Positions 14,294-55,450 of a stretch of 64,000 nt of DNA are shown here, piece by piece. The first letter of the stretch is position 1; every line of letters begins with the position of its first letter. Under the pieces are notes generated by a model. It saw nothing but the letters and a program-made list of their open reading frames with translations. It was not told where the DNA came from and searched no databases. The position numbers were made by a program, and so were the translations under genes. This DNA comes from Eledone cirrhosa (lineage: Eukaryota): NCBI GenBank assembly GCA_964016885.1, contig OZ024762.1, forward strand, positions 1,798,001 through 1,862,000, in the 5' to 3' direction.

Positions 14294-14474
14294 AAGAAAG
14301 GTATTGCTAAAGTTGGGTCCTTCATAAGAAAGGTATTGCTAAAGTTGGGTCCTTCATAAGAAAGGTACTGCTAAAGTTGGGCCCTTCATAAGAAAGGTAC
14401 TGCTAAAGTTGGGCCCTTCATAAGAAAGGTACTGCTAAAGTCAACAGCAATACCTCCAGTCACATGTGACTACT
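14258..14474 (-). other. Putative 5' exon of the SEC14/spectrin gene containing a 32-bp minisatellite with five ATGs
   Basis: Acceptor tttttgcag before 14474 and donor AAG|gtatct after 14258. The last ATG (14293) reads MKDPTRSENQLK and splices in frame to GRMSQGNK. Confidence 0.55.
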
Positions 14475-15067
14475 CTGCAAAAATGAGATCAAATAGTTGA
14501 AATATTTACACAAAAACTGAAATATTATGGACAGAGATGTAAACCTAAGTTAACCCTTTAGCATTTAAACCGGTCGTATCTGCCCAGAACTCCCTCACCT
14601 CTTTCCGTTTTATTTTCTGTATCCTTTGTGATCCTGTCTATATTTTTGTACTCCTGAAGAAGGGCTAAAGCCCAACATGTCGAACTTTCTTTTCCCTTTC
14701 CCATATAAAGCATGAAACTAATAAGACTTTTTGTAGCTCTGTTTTGTCTTCTTGAACTATATATCATCATCATCATCATCAACATCATCGTTTAACGTCT
14801 ATCTTCCACACTAGCATGGGTTAGACGGGAATTGTCTCACTTTACGCAAGATTGGTCGGGTGACCGTGTCTCGCTCAATGCGAAGAAATACCTATGAGGC
14901 TAGTAGACCACTGATGATGGATAGTCCTCGTTTCTAATTCCTCATTTTAATTTGTATATCACATTGGCAACAACACAGCACGCCATTTTTCGTTTATATA
15001 TTCCTTCCATATAGTGTACCATTTGTGTTATTTCTGTTTACCTTTTACACACATATATATAAGATAA

Positions 15068-15106
<39 letters not shown>

Positions 15107-15174
15107 AGTATGTATATGTATATGTCTAGCTATCAAAATGGTGGGAGCTCAGCCGTTGAGGTTCTGACGCTTTT

Positions 15175-15217
<43 letters not shown>

Positions 15218-15487
15218 AAATTTCCGTTGGAAACAGAAAAGGTCATAGAAATGAAGAGTGCTCTATGTAAGTATCAGAGCAAAATTTAATGTATAAAAAT
15301 CAATACAATATAATTACCTCATTACCAGAGGTTTCCCGATATATATATATATAGTAATAATAATAAATTTGAAGACTAAAACCCAAAGAGGGCTCGATAA
15401 GGATAAATATATATCAAATATATAAGAACCGTAAGCAAATATTTATTAAAATCTGTTATTTTAATAAATATATATATATATATATAT

Positions 15488-15862
15488 ATCATCATCATCA
15501 TCATTTTATGTCCGCTTTTCCCTGCTTGCAAGGGTTGGACGGGTCCTATTCAGCACAGCATCTCTCCACTTGTCATGGTCCTTCGTCATCTCTTCCCTGA
15601 GTTTCAGCGATCTGAGGTCTGCTCTCACCACCTCTGCTCATGTTTTTCGTGGTCTACTTCTACTGCGTCTTCCTTCTACTGGCATTTCTTGGCACTTCTT
15701 TACCCAGCGGTCATCCTCCATACCATCTCAGTCTTCCCTCCCGCACACCACAACTTATCCCTCTTATACCCAGTTTCTTTTTCAACTCGTCTATGCTGGA
15801 TCGTTTACCCACATTGGCATTGCACATCCAATGGAGCATACTTGCTTCATTTCTCTCCAGCC
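15488..15862 (-). mobile_element. RTE LINE 3' end with (GAT)n tail
   Basis: LERNEASMLHWMCN...IDELKKKLGIRGISCGVREGRLRWYG. Related pieces at 10880-11180, 16305-16475, 17440-17710, 29220-29335. Confidence 0.75.
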
Positions 15863-18267
15863 GAGAGAGAGAGAGAGAGAGAGAGATAAATATACACACA
15901 CATACATACATATATAACATATATATATATATATACATATATAAAAATAACAATATATAAACAATTATAAGTAAAATAACAAGTTACCTGGCAGAAAATT
16001 GAGTTACATTTACACCCAGGAATGTTCCAGAAGGTAAAATCCTCTTTAAAGTTTTCCTCAAGGTTTCCACTTAAGACAAATAGGTATCATGAGATTATTA
16101 TATCAGGTAAACAACCTTACTGTATGCTCTACTGTAGAGAACTTATGTCAACAGAACCTCAAGTTTGGAACAGCTGTTGTTTCTGTACAGGTCATATGAG
16201 AACTTCCCTTTATGTCCTCCTCCTTTGCCACAGTAGTCTGCACATTATTGATTTCCACTTTAAAACATCTGATACCATTTTCTAACTATATATATATATA
16301 AGGAACACGTAGTAGAGGAAGACCAAGAAAAACATGGGCGGAGGTGGTGAGAGCAGACCTCCGATCGCTGAAACTCAGGGAGGAGATGACGAAGGACCGT
16401 GACAAGTGGAGAGATGCTGTGCTAAATAGGACCCGTCCCACCCTTGCAAGCAGGGAAAAGTGGACGTATGATGATGAATATATATATATTATCTTTGGGG
16501 AGAGTCATATTGTTATAATATTGCCAGAAATAATAATAAATTATAACAATATGACCCTCCCCAAATATAACAATATTTATTTCAACACACAATTTCATAT
16601 GAAAAACCTTGCAAAACAAACATATATATATATATATATAGTATATATTATTTTATAATAATTGTTTCTACTTTAGGCACAAGGCCAGCAATTATATCAG
16701 TGTATTACTGGTACTTTATTTAATCGACCCCGTAAGGATGAAAGGCAAAGTCAACCTCGGCGGGATTTGAACTCAGATCGTAAAGGGACATAACTATGCT
16801 GGAAAGCATGGCGTCCGACCCTCTACCGATACTGTCAATCAGGAAGTAGGTGTCAATATACCATCATTATGTTTATTCATGTGAGACACGTGTTTCACGA
16901 TTGATCAGCTCAAGGTAAAATCAGTATTGATCTCCCCCGACTATGGAATCAATAGATCATCAGACTCAATCAACATAATGATGATATTTCAACACCTACC
17001 TTGTTCCAATCCCTTTTAATTATTATTAACCCTTTGTATACGTAGGATACCGACCACGGTATAACACCAAATGTGCAATACCACACGGTAAACAGGACTC
17101 ACTTATTCACGGGTCTCCAATAATTGTCTCTTCCCCAGCTTATTAATTTATAAAATATATAGGATGGGTTGGAGGGTCTCAATGTGTTATAAAATATATA
17201 GGATGGGTTGGAGGGTCTCAATGTGTTATAAAATATATAGGATGGGTTGGAGGGTCTCAATGTGTTATAAAATATATAGGATGGGTTCAGGTCTCGATAT
17301 GTAAACTAAACAACTAATTCTGTTTTGTTTTTTTATATCAACAGAGACAACCTAGAAAAATTACTGATTTTCCAACCCCCACCGCTATTATTTGGGACCC
17401 AAGAGTTGAAACGAACATGAAGGAGTCAACATCAAACAGGATGCAGTCTACACACCTGTCTAGGTGTGTAGACTGCAGAGGAATGAAGCAGCCATTCTCT
17501 GTTGGATGTGTAATGTTAGTGTGAGAGAAAGGTAGAGCTTGGACGAGTTGAAGGAGAAGCTGGGTTGAAGAGGGGTTTGAGGAGAGAAGACTGTGTTGGA
17601 TTGGACATGTGATGTGCATGGACAATGATTGTTGGGTGAAGAAGTGCTAGGAAATGCCAGTGGAAGGAAGTCGTGGTAGAGGTAGATCAGGAAAGACCTG
17701 GGCAGAGGTTGGCCCTACCTGCTAACACACAATAGACTTATAAAATATATATATATATACTTGTATGTGAGTATATATATCCTTCCTTCCTTCCATACAT
17801 GTCCCACATCCCTACAACTACCTCCCTAATCCCCAGCCCACACTGTCATGACAAAAAGCACCTAGTCCACATTGTCATGTGGTCATGTAGGTGTCACAAC
17901 AAAAAGCACCCAGTCCACACTGTAAAGTGGTCATGTAGGTGTCACGACAAAAGGTACCCAGTCCACATTGTAAAGTGGTCATATTGGTGTCATGACAAAA
18001 AGCACCCAGTCCACATTGTAAAGTGGTCCTTCATATGTCATAACAAAAAGCACCTAGTCTACACTGTAAAGTGGTTGTGTTGGTGACAATAAAAAGCATC
18101 AAGTACACACTGTAAATGTGATTGGCATCAGGAAGGGCATCCAGCTGCAGAAACCAAGTCAGAATCGGTTCTGTGTGAGCTGGAGACAGCCATTTGCTCG
18201 AGCCTGGCTCATATCTGGACAACTTGTCTAACCCATGCTAGTGTGGAAAATGGACGTTAAACGGTGA

Positions 18268-18312
<45 letters not shown>

Positions 18313-18322
18313 TACATACACA

Positions 18323-18360
<38 letters not shown>

Positions 18361-18547
18361 CGAAGGTCTGCTGAAAAGTTCAAAGGCTCACTATGAAGGA
18401 AAGATGCTAGAGATGTGAAATCTTGCATGCATTAATTTCAACCTTTCTTATTAATAACTCTATTGTTTCTTTCCATAGATTATGTTGAAAAATTTGGTCA
18501 TTTCATGAGTATCTTGCTCAGCTTACGAACTTTTCAGCCGACCTACG
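18361..18547. mobile_element. mariner-like MITE
   Basis: TA-cgaaggtctgctgaaaagttc...gaacttttcagccgacctacg terminal inverted repeats. Confidence 0.65.
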
Positions 18548-18824
18548 TGCAAATACACATATATGTATATATACACATATATATGTATATACACATATAT
18601 GTAAATACACATATGTGTATATATACATAGTAGAAAATGGAGGGAATCTCTTGGAACAGTAAGATAAATTTGAAAAAAAAAGGAAGAATGACTTCACTGC
18701 CGTTTTGAAGTCATTGTTCCCTTTTTTCAAATATATATATATATAAGTTTATCCGGGTTCAATCGGGGGTAACCACAGTAAGGTACTCAATATAAAGCAG
18801 AGTATAAATATTTAATATAGAAAT

Positions 18825-18875
18825 GGCTTCTACAGGACTAGAACTGTTTCATTCGGGAGAAATCATCAGGAAGCC
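18825..18875 (-). ncRNA. Type I hammerhead ribozyme
   Basis: Minus strand reads GGCTTC-CTGATGA-TTTC TCCC GAAT-GAAA-CAG TTCTAGTC CTG-TA-GAAGCC, with a perfect 6-bp stem I and ACAG/CTGT stem III. A truncated inverted copy follows at 18876-18920. Confidence 0.8.
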
Positions 18876-18934
18876 TTGATGATTTCTTCCGAATGAAACA
18901 GTTCTAGTCCTGTAGAAGCCATTTCTATATATAT

Positions 18935-18984
<50 letters not shown>

Positions 18985-19532
18985 CTATATTAAGCGATAG
19001 ATTTACATGTATATATATATATATATATATTGGCTATGTTGTCTGTGCTGGAAACATTTTCTGTCTTGCAGTCAATTGCTAATGCTAAATACCACCATTA
19101 CTACAACTAATACTAATAATAGTACTAACAGTAGTACTAGTGACAATTGAAAATATCTTCCATTCTGTTTTAAACAGGAAGTGGAACACTTGACAGAGGG
19201 AACTCTCCAGTGTGAGAGGTTAGAAAGACTCTAACTGCATGGCCGTTGTATCCGTTTATTTCTGTTTTCCGTCTTCTTCAATCCTCTTTCTCTCCTCTTC
19301 CACTATGTACTGAAGTTAGAGCCAGTGTTTTTTTAGCTGTGGCTATTTAGGAAAGAGAGAGAGATACACGAAATAAATATATATACATACACATATATAT
19401 ATATATTGTACAAAGAAATATATATATAGCGTAGAAAATATATAAGAAACAAAACAAGAGGAGAGAGTGTTACCACCAACAAGCTAAAGGATAGATAGAG
19501 ATCGATATTTCTAGCGTGATTTTTCCCCCTGT

Positions 19533-29997
<10,465 letters not shown>

Positions 29998-30169
29998 TGA
30001 TTACTTCACTTAACAAGCTGGCTGGTGTCTACATACACACACATGTGTATATATATGTTTGTATATGTATATATGTGTGAATATATATATATATATATGT
30101 GAGTATGTGTATATGTATATATATATATATATGTGTGTATATATATATATATATGTGTGTGTATATGTA

Positions 30170-30210
<41 letters not shown>

Positions 30211-30587
30211 GCGTGTGTGTGTATGTATGTGTATATATATATATGTATATGTATGTATGTGTATATATGTATGTATGTGTATATATGTATGTATGTGTAT
30301 GTATATGTATGTATGTGTATATATGTATGTATGTGTATATATATATGTATGTATGTATGTGTATATATATATGTATGTATGTGTATATATATATATATAT
30401 GTATGTATGTGTAAATATATATGTATGTATGTGTATATATATATATGTATATATGTATGTATGTGTATATATATATGTATGTATGTGTATATATATATGT
30501 ATGTATGTATATGTATGTGTATATATATATATATATGTATGTATATGTATGTGTATATATATATATATATGTATGTATATGTATGTG

Positions 30588-30621
<34 letters not shown>

Positions 30622-30744
30622 TATATATATATACTTGCTGAGTGCTACATAAAATCAAGTATTCTAGTTTTTACTTTAGAATATCCTGTGTTAAACGAAA
30701 TACTTTAAAATTATCTTAAAGATTGTCTGCCATCAATTTCACTT

Positions 30745-31222
30745 TCACACACATACAGAGTTGCATACATACACACTTACACACATACAGAGTTGCATAC
30801 ATACACACTTACACACATACAGAGTTGCATACATACACACTCACACACATACAGAGTTGCATACATACACACTCACACACATACAGAGTTGCATACATAC
30901 ACACTCACACACATACAGAGTTGCATACATACACTCACACACATACAGAGTTGCATACATACACACTCACACACATACAGAGTTGCATACATACACACTT
31001 ACACACATACAGAGTTGCATACATACACACTCACACACATACAGAGTTGCATACATACACACTCACACACATACAGAGTTGCATACATACACACTCACAC
31101 ACATACAGAGTTGCATACATACACACTCACACACATACAGAGTTGCATACATACACTCACACACATACAGAGTTGCATACATACACACTCACACACATAC
31201 AGAGTTGCATACATACACACTC
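30745..31222. repeat. ~32-bp minisatellite (acacacatacagagttgcatacatacacactc)
   Basis: About 15 tandem copies downstream of the JMJD6 stop codon. Confidence 0.85.
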
Positions 31223-31382
31223 ATACAGGCATGTATACTTTGTAAAAGTAGGAAATACACACACACAGATAAACAGAAGCATACACAGGCATACATACAC
31301 ACACATATACATACAGGGGTGCATACATACACACACACATACACATTATATAAGGAAGAAATACATCCAAAGAAATATAATA

Positions 31383-31587
31383 TGAGGGTTGACTGAAAAG
31401 TTCATTGGCTCACTATGAAGGAGCGATGCTAGAGCTGTGAAACCTTTCATGCATTAATTTCAACTAGTCTTATTAATGATAACTGCATTGTTTCTTTCCA
31501 GGGAGGGACTATGTTGAAAAATACACCTCATTTGGTCGTTCCATGAGAGTATCTTGGTCAGCTTATGAACTCTTCAGTCAACCCTCG
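31383..31587. mobile_element. mariner-like MITE (same family as 18361)
   Basis: TA-tgagggttgactgaaaagttc...gaactcttcagtcaaccctcg-TA. Confidence 0.75.
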
Positions 31588-32369
31588 TACACATATATTT
31601 TGTATAAGTAGGAAATACACACACACACACGCACTAGATGTTATTGTATACATAACCTTAGCATGTCTCTCCTTCCAAATAGTCACAGCTAGGGCTGGTA
31701 GTTTTGTTGTTATTCAGACTAAATTGTATCTCAGTCAGTTTAAACTGAAAGCTAAAGCAATGTGGAGGGATTTTTAATTCTAAATAGTTATTTGGAATTT
31801 TTTTTTTTTTTCATCTCTGATAGCTGTTTTGTTTTATCAGTGTTAACTGCTTATGGTGCTAGTTGTGTTGAGTACCCTTACAGACCTGTTTGTGGTACTT
31901 ACTTTATACCCAGTACCCTAACAGGACTGTTTGTGGTACTTACTTTATACCTAGTACCCTTACAGGACTGTTTGTGATACTAATTTTATACCCAGTATCT
32001 TAACACAGCTGTTTGTGGTACTGATTGTGTCAGGTACCTTCTCAGAACACATAAAACAGCTAGGTACCCTAATGAAATAATTAAGTACCCTATCAGAACA
32101 GAAAATATGAAATTACACAGATTTTTTTTTTTTTTCAATTTCAGGAAAAAAAACCAAAAACCCAACAATTTCTGAAATTCTTTTTATTATCGACATCTCA
32201 CTTGAAAATCTAGGAAACAATTTTAGTTTGTTTTAAATATTTCTTTTACTGTCATAACTTTAATATTTTTTGAATTCCTTCTTCAGCAATTTAATTATTT
32301 TTTTCATTCATTCTAATTGATTTTTTTTTTTTTTTTTTTTAAATATATTTTAATTTCTTCTGTCCTGTC

Positions 32370-32755
32370 CTCACATCTTTTCCTCTCTCCAGACACAGAT
32401 CTACCAAAGTATCACATCTTTTACTCTCTCCAGACATAATTCTACCAAAATATCACATCTTTTACTCTCTCCAGATATAATTCTACCAAAATATCACATC
32501 TTTTACTCTCTCCAAACATAATTCTACCAAAATATCACATCTTTTACTCTCTCCAGACACAGATCTACCAAAGTATCACACCTTTTACTCTCTCCAGACA
32601 TAATTCTACTAAAATATCACATCTTTTACTCTCTCCAGACATAATTCTATCAAAATATAACATCTTTTACTCTCTCCAGACATAATTCTACCAAAATATC
32701 ACATCTTTTACTCTCTCCAGACATACTTCTACCGAAATATCTCATCTTTTAATCT
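32370..32755. repeat. ~40-bp minisatellite (atcacatcttttactctctccagacataattctaccaaaat)
   Basis: About 9 tandem copies. Confidence 0.85.
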
Positions 32756-33569
32756 CTCTTTCTCTGTATCACACTTCTCTTCCTTACACAACACCTCTCT
32801 CCTTTCTCCCTACATCACATCTCTCTCTTCCTTCCTTTAATTGATATCTTAGTGTCTGCTTAAGTATCCTGTCATTAGCCTTCACTTCAAGTTTCTCATA
32901 AACCTGGCACCCCGCCCCTCCAACTTTCCCAGCCCTCATAAACCTGGCACCCCTCCCCTCCAACTTTCCCAGTCCTCATAAACCTGGCCCCTCTCTCCTC
33001 GAACTTTCCCAGCCCTCATAAACCTGGCCCCTCTCCCAGCCCTCAGAACAACCTTCATAAACCTGGCACAGGCCAACCTTCTCAGGACTTGTTTACTTTC
33101 CAAAAAAGGACGAAAACCTTCAAAGAGGCCCCTCACATCCTATCTCAATAAATTCCACTCCATTACCATACTGCCAAAAAAAAAAAAACATTTTTTTTAT
33201 TTTATATATAATTTAATACCAGTTCTTTCTTTCATTCCTCTTGATGTTTTTTTTTTCTCTGTTGCCATGGTTACTCTAAATACCAACCCATCAAACCCTA
33301 TTTCAACTTATTGAAAATAGATTGATATTTCGATAATTTATCTCATTTTTTCTTTAATTGTTGTTTGCAATTTTCTTTATTCCTAATTTCAAATGTTTTT
33401 CAACATTTTTCTTCAAATCAAATTTATTTTCTCAATAAATATTTCTTGTCTTTCTTTGATTATTCAAAAGTTTTCTTCTTCTTCTCCTTCTTCTTTATTG
33501 TCTAGCTTTTAGATTTCAATTCTTTGACAAAAAAAAACAATCCTTATCTAGTGGCTTTCCTTTACATCA

Positions 33570-34815
<1,246 letters not shown>

Positions 34816-34850
34816 TTCATAATCATTAAAAGGTTGACCAGTTTATGATG

Positions 34851-34883
<33 letters not shown>

Positions 34884-35399
34884 CTTTGACCATATTAAAA
34901 TGACCATACGCCAATATTCTGTAAACCAGAAAAAAAACCCAAAAAAACCCAAGACTTCGCAACCTTCCCATTTGTAAAGCAGAAAATCTGCCTGAAGAAC
35001 CTTTGATGTAGAACCTCCTGGTTGTCTTTCAGCTTAAGTCTTTGTCCTTTATTTTTTTAAACATTTTTACAAAATCCAATAAAATAAAATACAAAATTGT
35101 TTTGTGTAGTTATTATATTGAAACTAGAATGAAGTGATTTAAGTCCAAGGTTCAGCTGATTCCAGCTATCAGTCCCTGAAATGGGCCCCTATCCAGGATT
35201 ATGGACCCCCCCCCCCCTCCTCTGACTTTGAAATTCTAGCTTAGTTTTTAGTCTTGGAAGAAGGCCAGCTAAACCTACATAGGTGTGAACTGTAACATGA
35301 TAGAACAGGAGCAACTAGCATTAAAAAAAGCCCAAGAAACCTGGTACGAGATGTATATATTTGTGTGTGTGTCTGTGTGTGTATATATATGTATGTATG

Positions 35400-35441
<42 letters not shown>

Positions 35442-37798
35442 TAAAGCTGTTAAAATTTAATATACTGGTACCAAAAAACACCCAGCTCACACTGTAGTCA
35501 TGTAAAAGACACTGCAAAAAGCACCCAGCACACACTGTAAAGTGGTTGGCGTTAGGAAGGGCATCCAGCCGTAGAAAACCAGCCAGAAACAGTCCTATAT
35601 GAGCAAGACACGGTCACTTGACCCAACCTGCCTCTAAATGGGACAAACCTATCTAACCCATGCTAGCCTGGAAGACGGACGTTAAACGATGATGATGATG
35701 AATAACAACAAAACTTTCTAGTATTTGATAGATTTTATTTTAGAAAAATAATTGAAAAAATTTTCTTGAGACAGTCAAAAAGGGGTGGGAAATTGTTTAT
35801 ATTATAAATAGGGATTTTTTTGGATTTTGTATGTGTGCGCAATTGGCCCACATTTGATAATTTTTGAATGGCTGTATTTGGTGAACTTGATAAATAAAAT
35901 CTAAATATTTTTGAGCTTAGAATTAACAAATGCCTCCTAATCCTATATTTTTTTTTTTTTTTTTGATGTTTTCTTCTCCAAAATATGATCCTTAACCTTT
36001 AGCAAGCTAGAAATGTTTAGTAATTACTTCCTTTGACACTGGATTGTGTATTCAGGGGAAATTACTCTATTGTCGCCTAGAGCATATTAAAGGTTAATTT
36101 ATCCTGCTTCTATGATACAAATCTGTTTTAAAGTATTCATATATAAATTTAATCCTATACTTAACTCTGACTCTGATATAATTGTAGGTAAGAAATTTTT
36201 GTTTCAAACTTCAGCTTAAAAATGAAAAAAAAGTTCTTTTTTAATTAAATCCTTAAAAATTCTTGATAATTTTCAAAATTAATTTTAAATCACAGGCAGT
36301 GCATTTTATTAGTAATGTAGTAATGAAAGGGGTTAACCCTTTAGCATTTACATAACTATATATATATATATATATATACACTATATATATATATATATAC
36401 ACTAGGGAGAAAAACAAACAAAACAAAAGTAAACATTGATTAAAAACGAAAACAAAAGTGAAAATAATATATAAATAAATAAAATGAACGGCAGCAGTGA
36501 ATATTTGCAGTGTGAGAGTGCAGCTGTTATCAAAAGTGCATTTATAGCTGTGCAACAGAGGAAGATTGTGTGGGTGACAGCAACATGATGGTGATTGTCA
36601 GAACAGTGGAGTCTATGTACAGTTCTTCTACCACTTATTCCTGAGATGGTTGTGGGGGTCAGAGTCCTCAAACACTCCTTCCAGCAGGTCCTGTCAGAAG
36701 CAACCGTCTCCAACTGATTCGGTTGGATCCCCAAGCGAGACCAGCCAAGCTCAAGGATGTTATCTAACCATCTTTACTCAGGGCCTACCCCTAGGTTTCT
36801 TGCCAGTTGGTTTTGCACCCCATAAAATCTGTCCAGCGATTCTTTCCTGAGACATTCTAACCACATGTCCATAGTATCGGAGCTGTGATCTCTCAATTCA
36901 GAGAAGTAGCGGCTCCACCTGGGGTGACTCTCTCATCTCCAAGCTACAAATCTGTCCAGTGATTCTTTCCTAAGACATTCTAACCAAATGTCAATAGTAT
37001 CAGAGCTGTGGTCTCTCAATTCGGAGAAGTAGTGATTCTCTGCGCACTCTATCGAGCAACGCAGTTTACAATACTTAATGAGTCTTCCACAAGCCCTGAG
37101 GGCCATCAGACTGTTGCTTACCCTGAAGCAACAACCATGGTCAACTCTAAATGACAGAGGCTTGGTAAATTATGCAACAACTGATGTGAGTATCCAACTC
37201 GGACATCAAGTTGGTCAACAGCTTGACAATGACTTCAGTTGCAATAACATTACCACATTTAAGCTGAAGGGCCTCAACTTTTTAAGTCAAAGAAAAATTG
37301 GTACGACATCCATTTCTTCTTCAGAAAACCCTACTGGTGTAATTCAAATGAGAACTACAGATTTCTCTGACTGGAAGGACCAGATCTAATGTCACACTGC
37401 CAGGTGAGAAAAATAATATCTTTTTGAGATGGTAACCAATAGTTCATCAATATTTTGGCGAGGAGGATGGAGTCTTTTCATCGGCAGGAATTATTTTTGT
37501 GTATTAAACAAAGGGTATATAAATTTATTGAAAATCTTTTTATAGAAATATAATTTCTTTCCTTTCAAATTTTGTTTCACTTTATCTTAGATTATTAATC
37601 ACATCTTATAGTGTGTATATATATTTATATGTATATATATATATATATATTATATATATGTATATATATATATATATATTATATATATGTATATATATAT
37701 ATATATATTATATATATATATATATATATACATTATATATATATATATAATTATGTTTATATATATATATACATAAATATAATTATATATATATACAA

Positions 37799-37833
<35 letters not shown>

Positions 37834-38535
37834 CACATAGCTTAGTATAAAGAATTTGTGTGAATTCTGAGAACAGCTTATTAGGAAATAGTTTATGTTA
37901 AGAGGAGGTTGAATGGAATAGAATTAGTTATATCACAGCCATAGATAGACTTGATGGGTTAAACAATGTATTTCAGATGTGCATAGCACTCATGATATAT
38001 ATCCATATATACAATATGTACTCAATACACATGCATGTAGGTGCATGTAAAACAAAGTTCATAAACAAACTGATGTTGATAACCATATAGGCTATATCAA
38101 GCTTCTTGTTTTCTCTCTCTCTATGTATATATCTATATATATGTATGTATATATCTATATCTCTATATATATATACATATATCTCTATATATATATACAC
38201 ATATATATATACACATATATATATATATATATATATACAGTATATATATTATAGATAGATATATAGAAAGAAAAAACAGGAAACTTGATACATGCATACA
38301 TATACACACCCTTCCACATATATGTTTTATATATATATATGCGTTATATATATATATATGTGTGTGTGTATATAGTGTATATATATATATATCTATATTA
38401 TATATATATAGGTATACATCCTTGTATATGGGTTAGAATTAAACCTATGATAGTTTGCTTGATGCAATATTTTGAATTGAACTCAATTTTGGTAAATAAT
38501 TCAGCGATGGTGGAGTAGGCCAACTTCCTACTTGA

Positions 38536-53918
<15,383 letters not shown>

Positions 53919-54859
53919 CCTTTAGTAATTATTTCCTTTCCAGTAAAAATATATCTTGAAGTCAATAATTGTTCGTCTCAGTGAGATCAATGAAGAAAAT
54001 AATCAATCACTTCTCTTTGTTGATAGCCGTTCTCTTGTTCGATATGTTAATTTTATGAGATATAAATGTATAATTTTGCAGGATATATATAATTTTTATA
54101 GAATATATATATTCAAGACTTCCAATAATACCACGGAAATTAATATGGTATATAATCAACAACAATAACTATAATAACAATAATATTATTATTTCTTTAT
54201 CCAAGAACTGTAAACCTAGATTAGTTGAAAGACTTATGCAAATAAATACATACACATATAAATATATATATATATATAAATATATATAAATAGATAAAAT
54301 TCTAGTAGATTAACTTTATACAAACTTTAAATAAAGTCTGATTCATCAGGTTTTTATTTAACGATCTTCGAGCTTTCCCAGACGATATCGAAATAATGAC
54401 TGGAAGAATAGTCTAAACAAACGAACTGTTTGTGAAATAAACCTGCAACACACCTTAGAGGTTTAGTTATGTAAAAATATAAACCTCACTCCTGATTAGA
54501 CAGATTTATTTTTTTTACTTCTTTTTACAAATACTGAATAATTGTTTCTTGTTGTCTCTGTTTAACCCAATGGAATATCTTGTTGTTGTTGTAGTGGTGT
54601 TGGTTGTGGTTGTGGTGGTGGTGATGGTGGTGGTGTTGGAGGGGGTTGTAGTGGTGATAGTTGTGGTGTAGGTGGTGGTAGTGGTGGTGGTGATGGTGGT
54701 GGTGGTGGTTGTGGTGATGGTAATGGTGTTGGAGGGGGTTGTAGTGGTGGTAGTTGTGTGTGAGGTGGGAGTGATAGAAAGAAGGAGGAGGGTAGTAGTG
54801 TTAAGTAGTAGACTTCCTTGATTCTCAGATCTCATAATAGATCTATCTATTAGACTGTA

Positions 54860-54914
<55 letters not shown>

Positions 54915-54915
<1 letters not shown>

Positions 54916-55450
54916 GAGACAAGCTCTACAGACATGGGCGCCCGGGCAGGGACCCTGCAAAAAAGATCTGTCCGAGGTGCGTGCGAGACGAAGAAACCGT
55001 CGCGCACGCATTCATACACTGCCCGGGCGTCACTGACCTGTGGGGCTATGTAGAACGACTTTTGTCGTGGGTGGGACCAGTCCAGTTGACCACCGAGTCC
55101 ATTGTCATGATCAAACCGCCACCCTCCTTCAAAAACGAAGGAGAGGCGGTTTTCCTTTGTGTGATAGCTATGGCGAAAGAGGTTGTATGGTGGACAAGGT
55201 TGAAAGGGCTGAGGTCAGACACCTTTCTCTCCGGCCAACAACTGATTCTTTTTTTCAAATACCACTTTGGAAGAAGAATCAGGATGGAGAGAGAGGTGCT
55301 GTACCCCAACAAGTTTTATGAAAGGTGGGTGAAAGTGGCAAGAATGGCCCGAGTGAATGGGCCTTCTCTCTATATCAGCCTGTAGGTTGAGGAAAAGGAG
55401 GAGGAGAGGAAGGGAGTACAAACTCTTCGTACTCCTGGAGATGAGGGTTG
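54915..55450 (+). mobile_element. 5'-truncated L1/Tx1-clade retrotransposon 3' end (zf-RVT-like), joined to (TATC)n
   Basis: RDKLYRHG...KICPRCVRDEETVAHAFIHCPGVTDLW...MAKEVVWWTR CCHC-type motif; stop at 55385. Confidence 0.75.

Noticed and set aside
37078-37389. 103-aa ORF in unique-looking sequence
   Set aside because: No recognisable motif or convincing splice context; probably UTR or intergenic.
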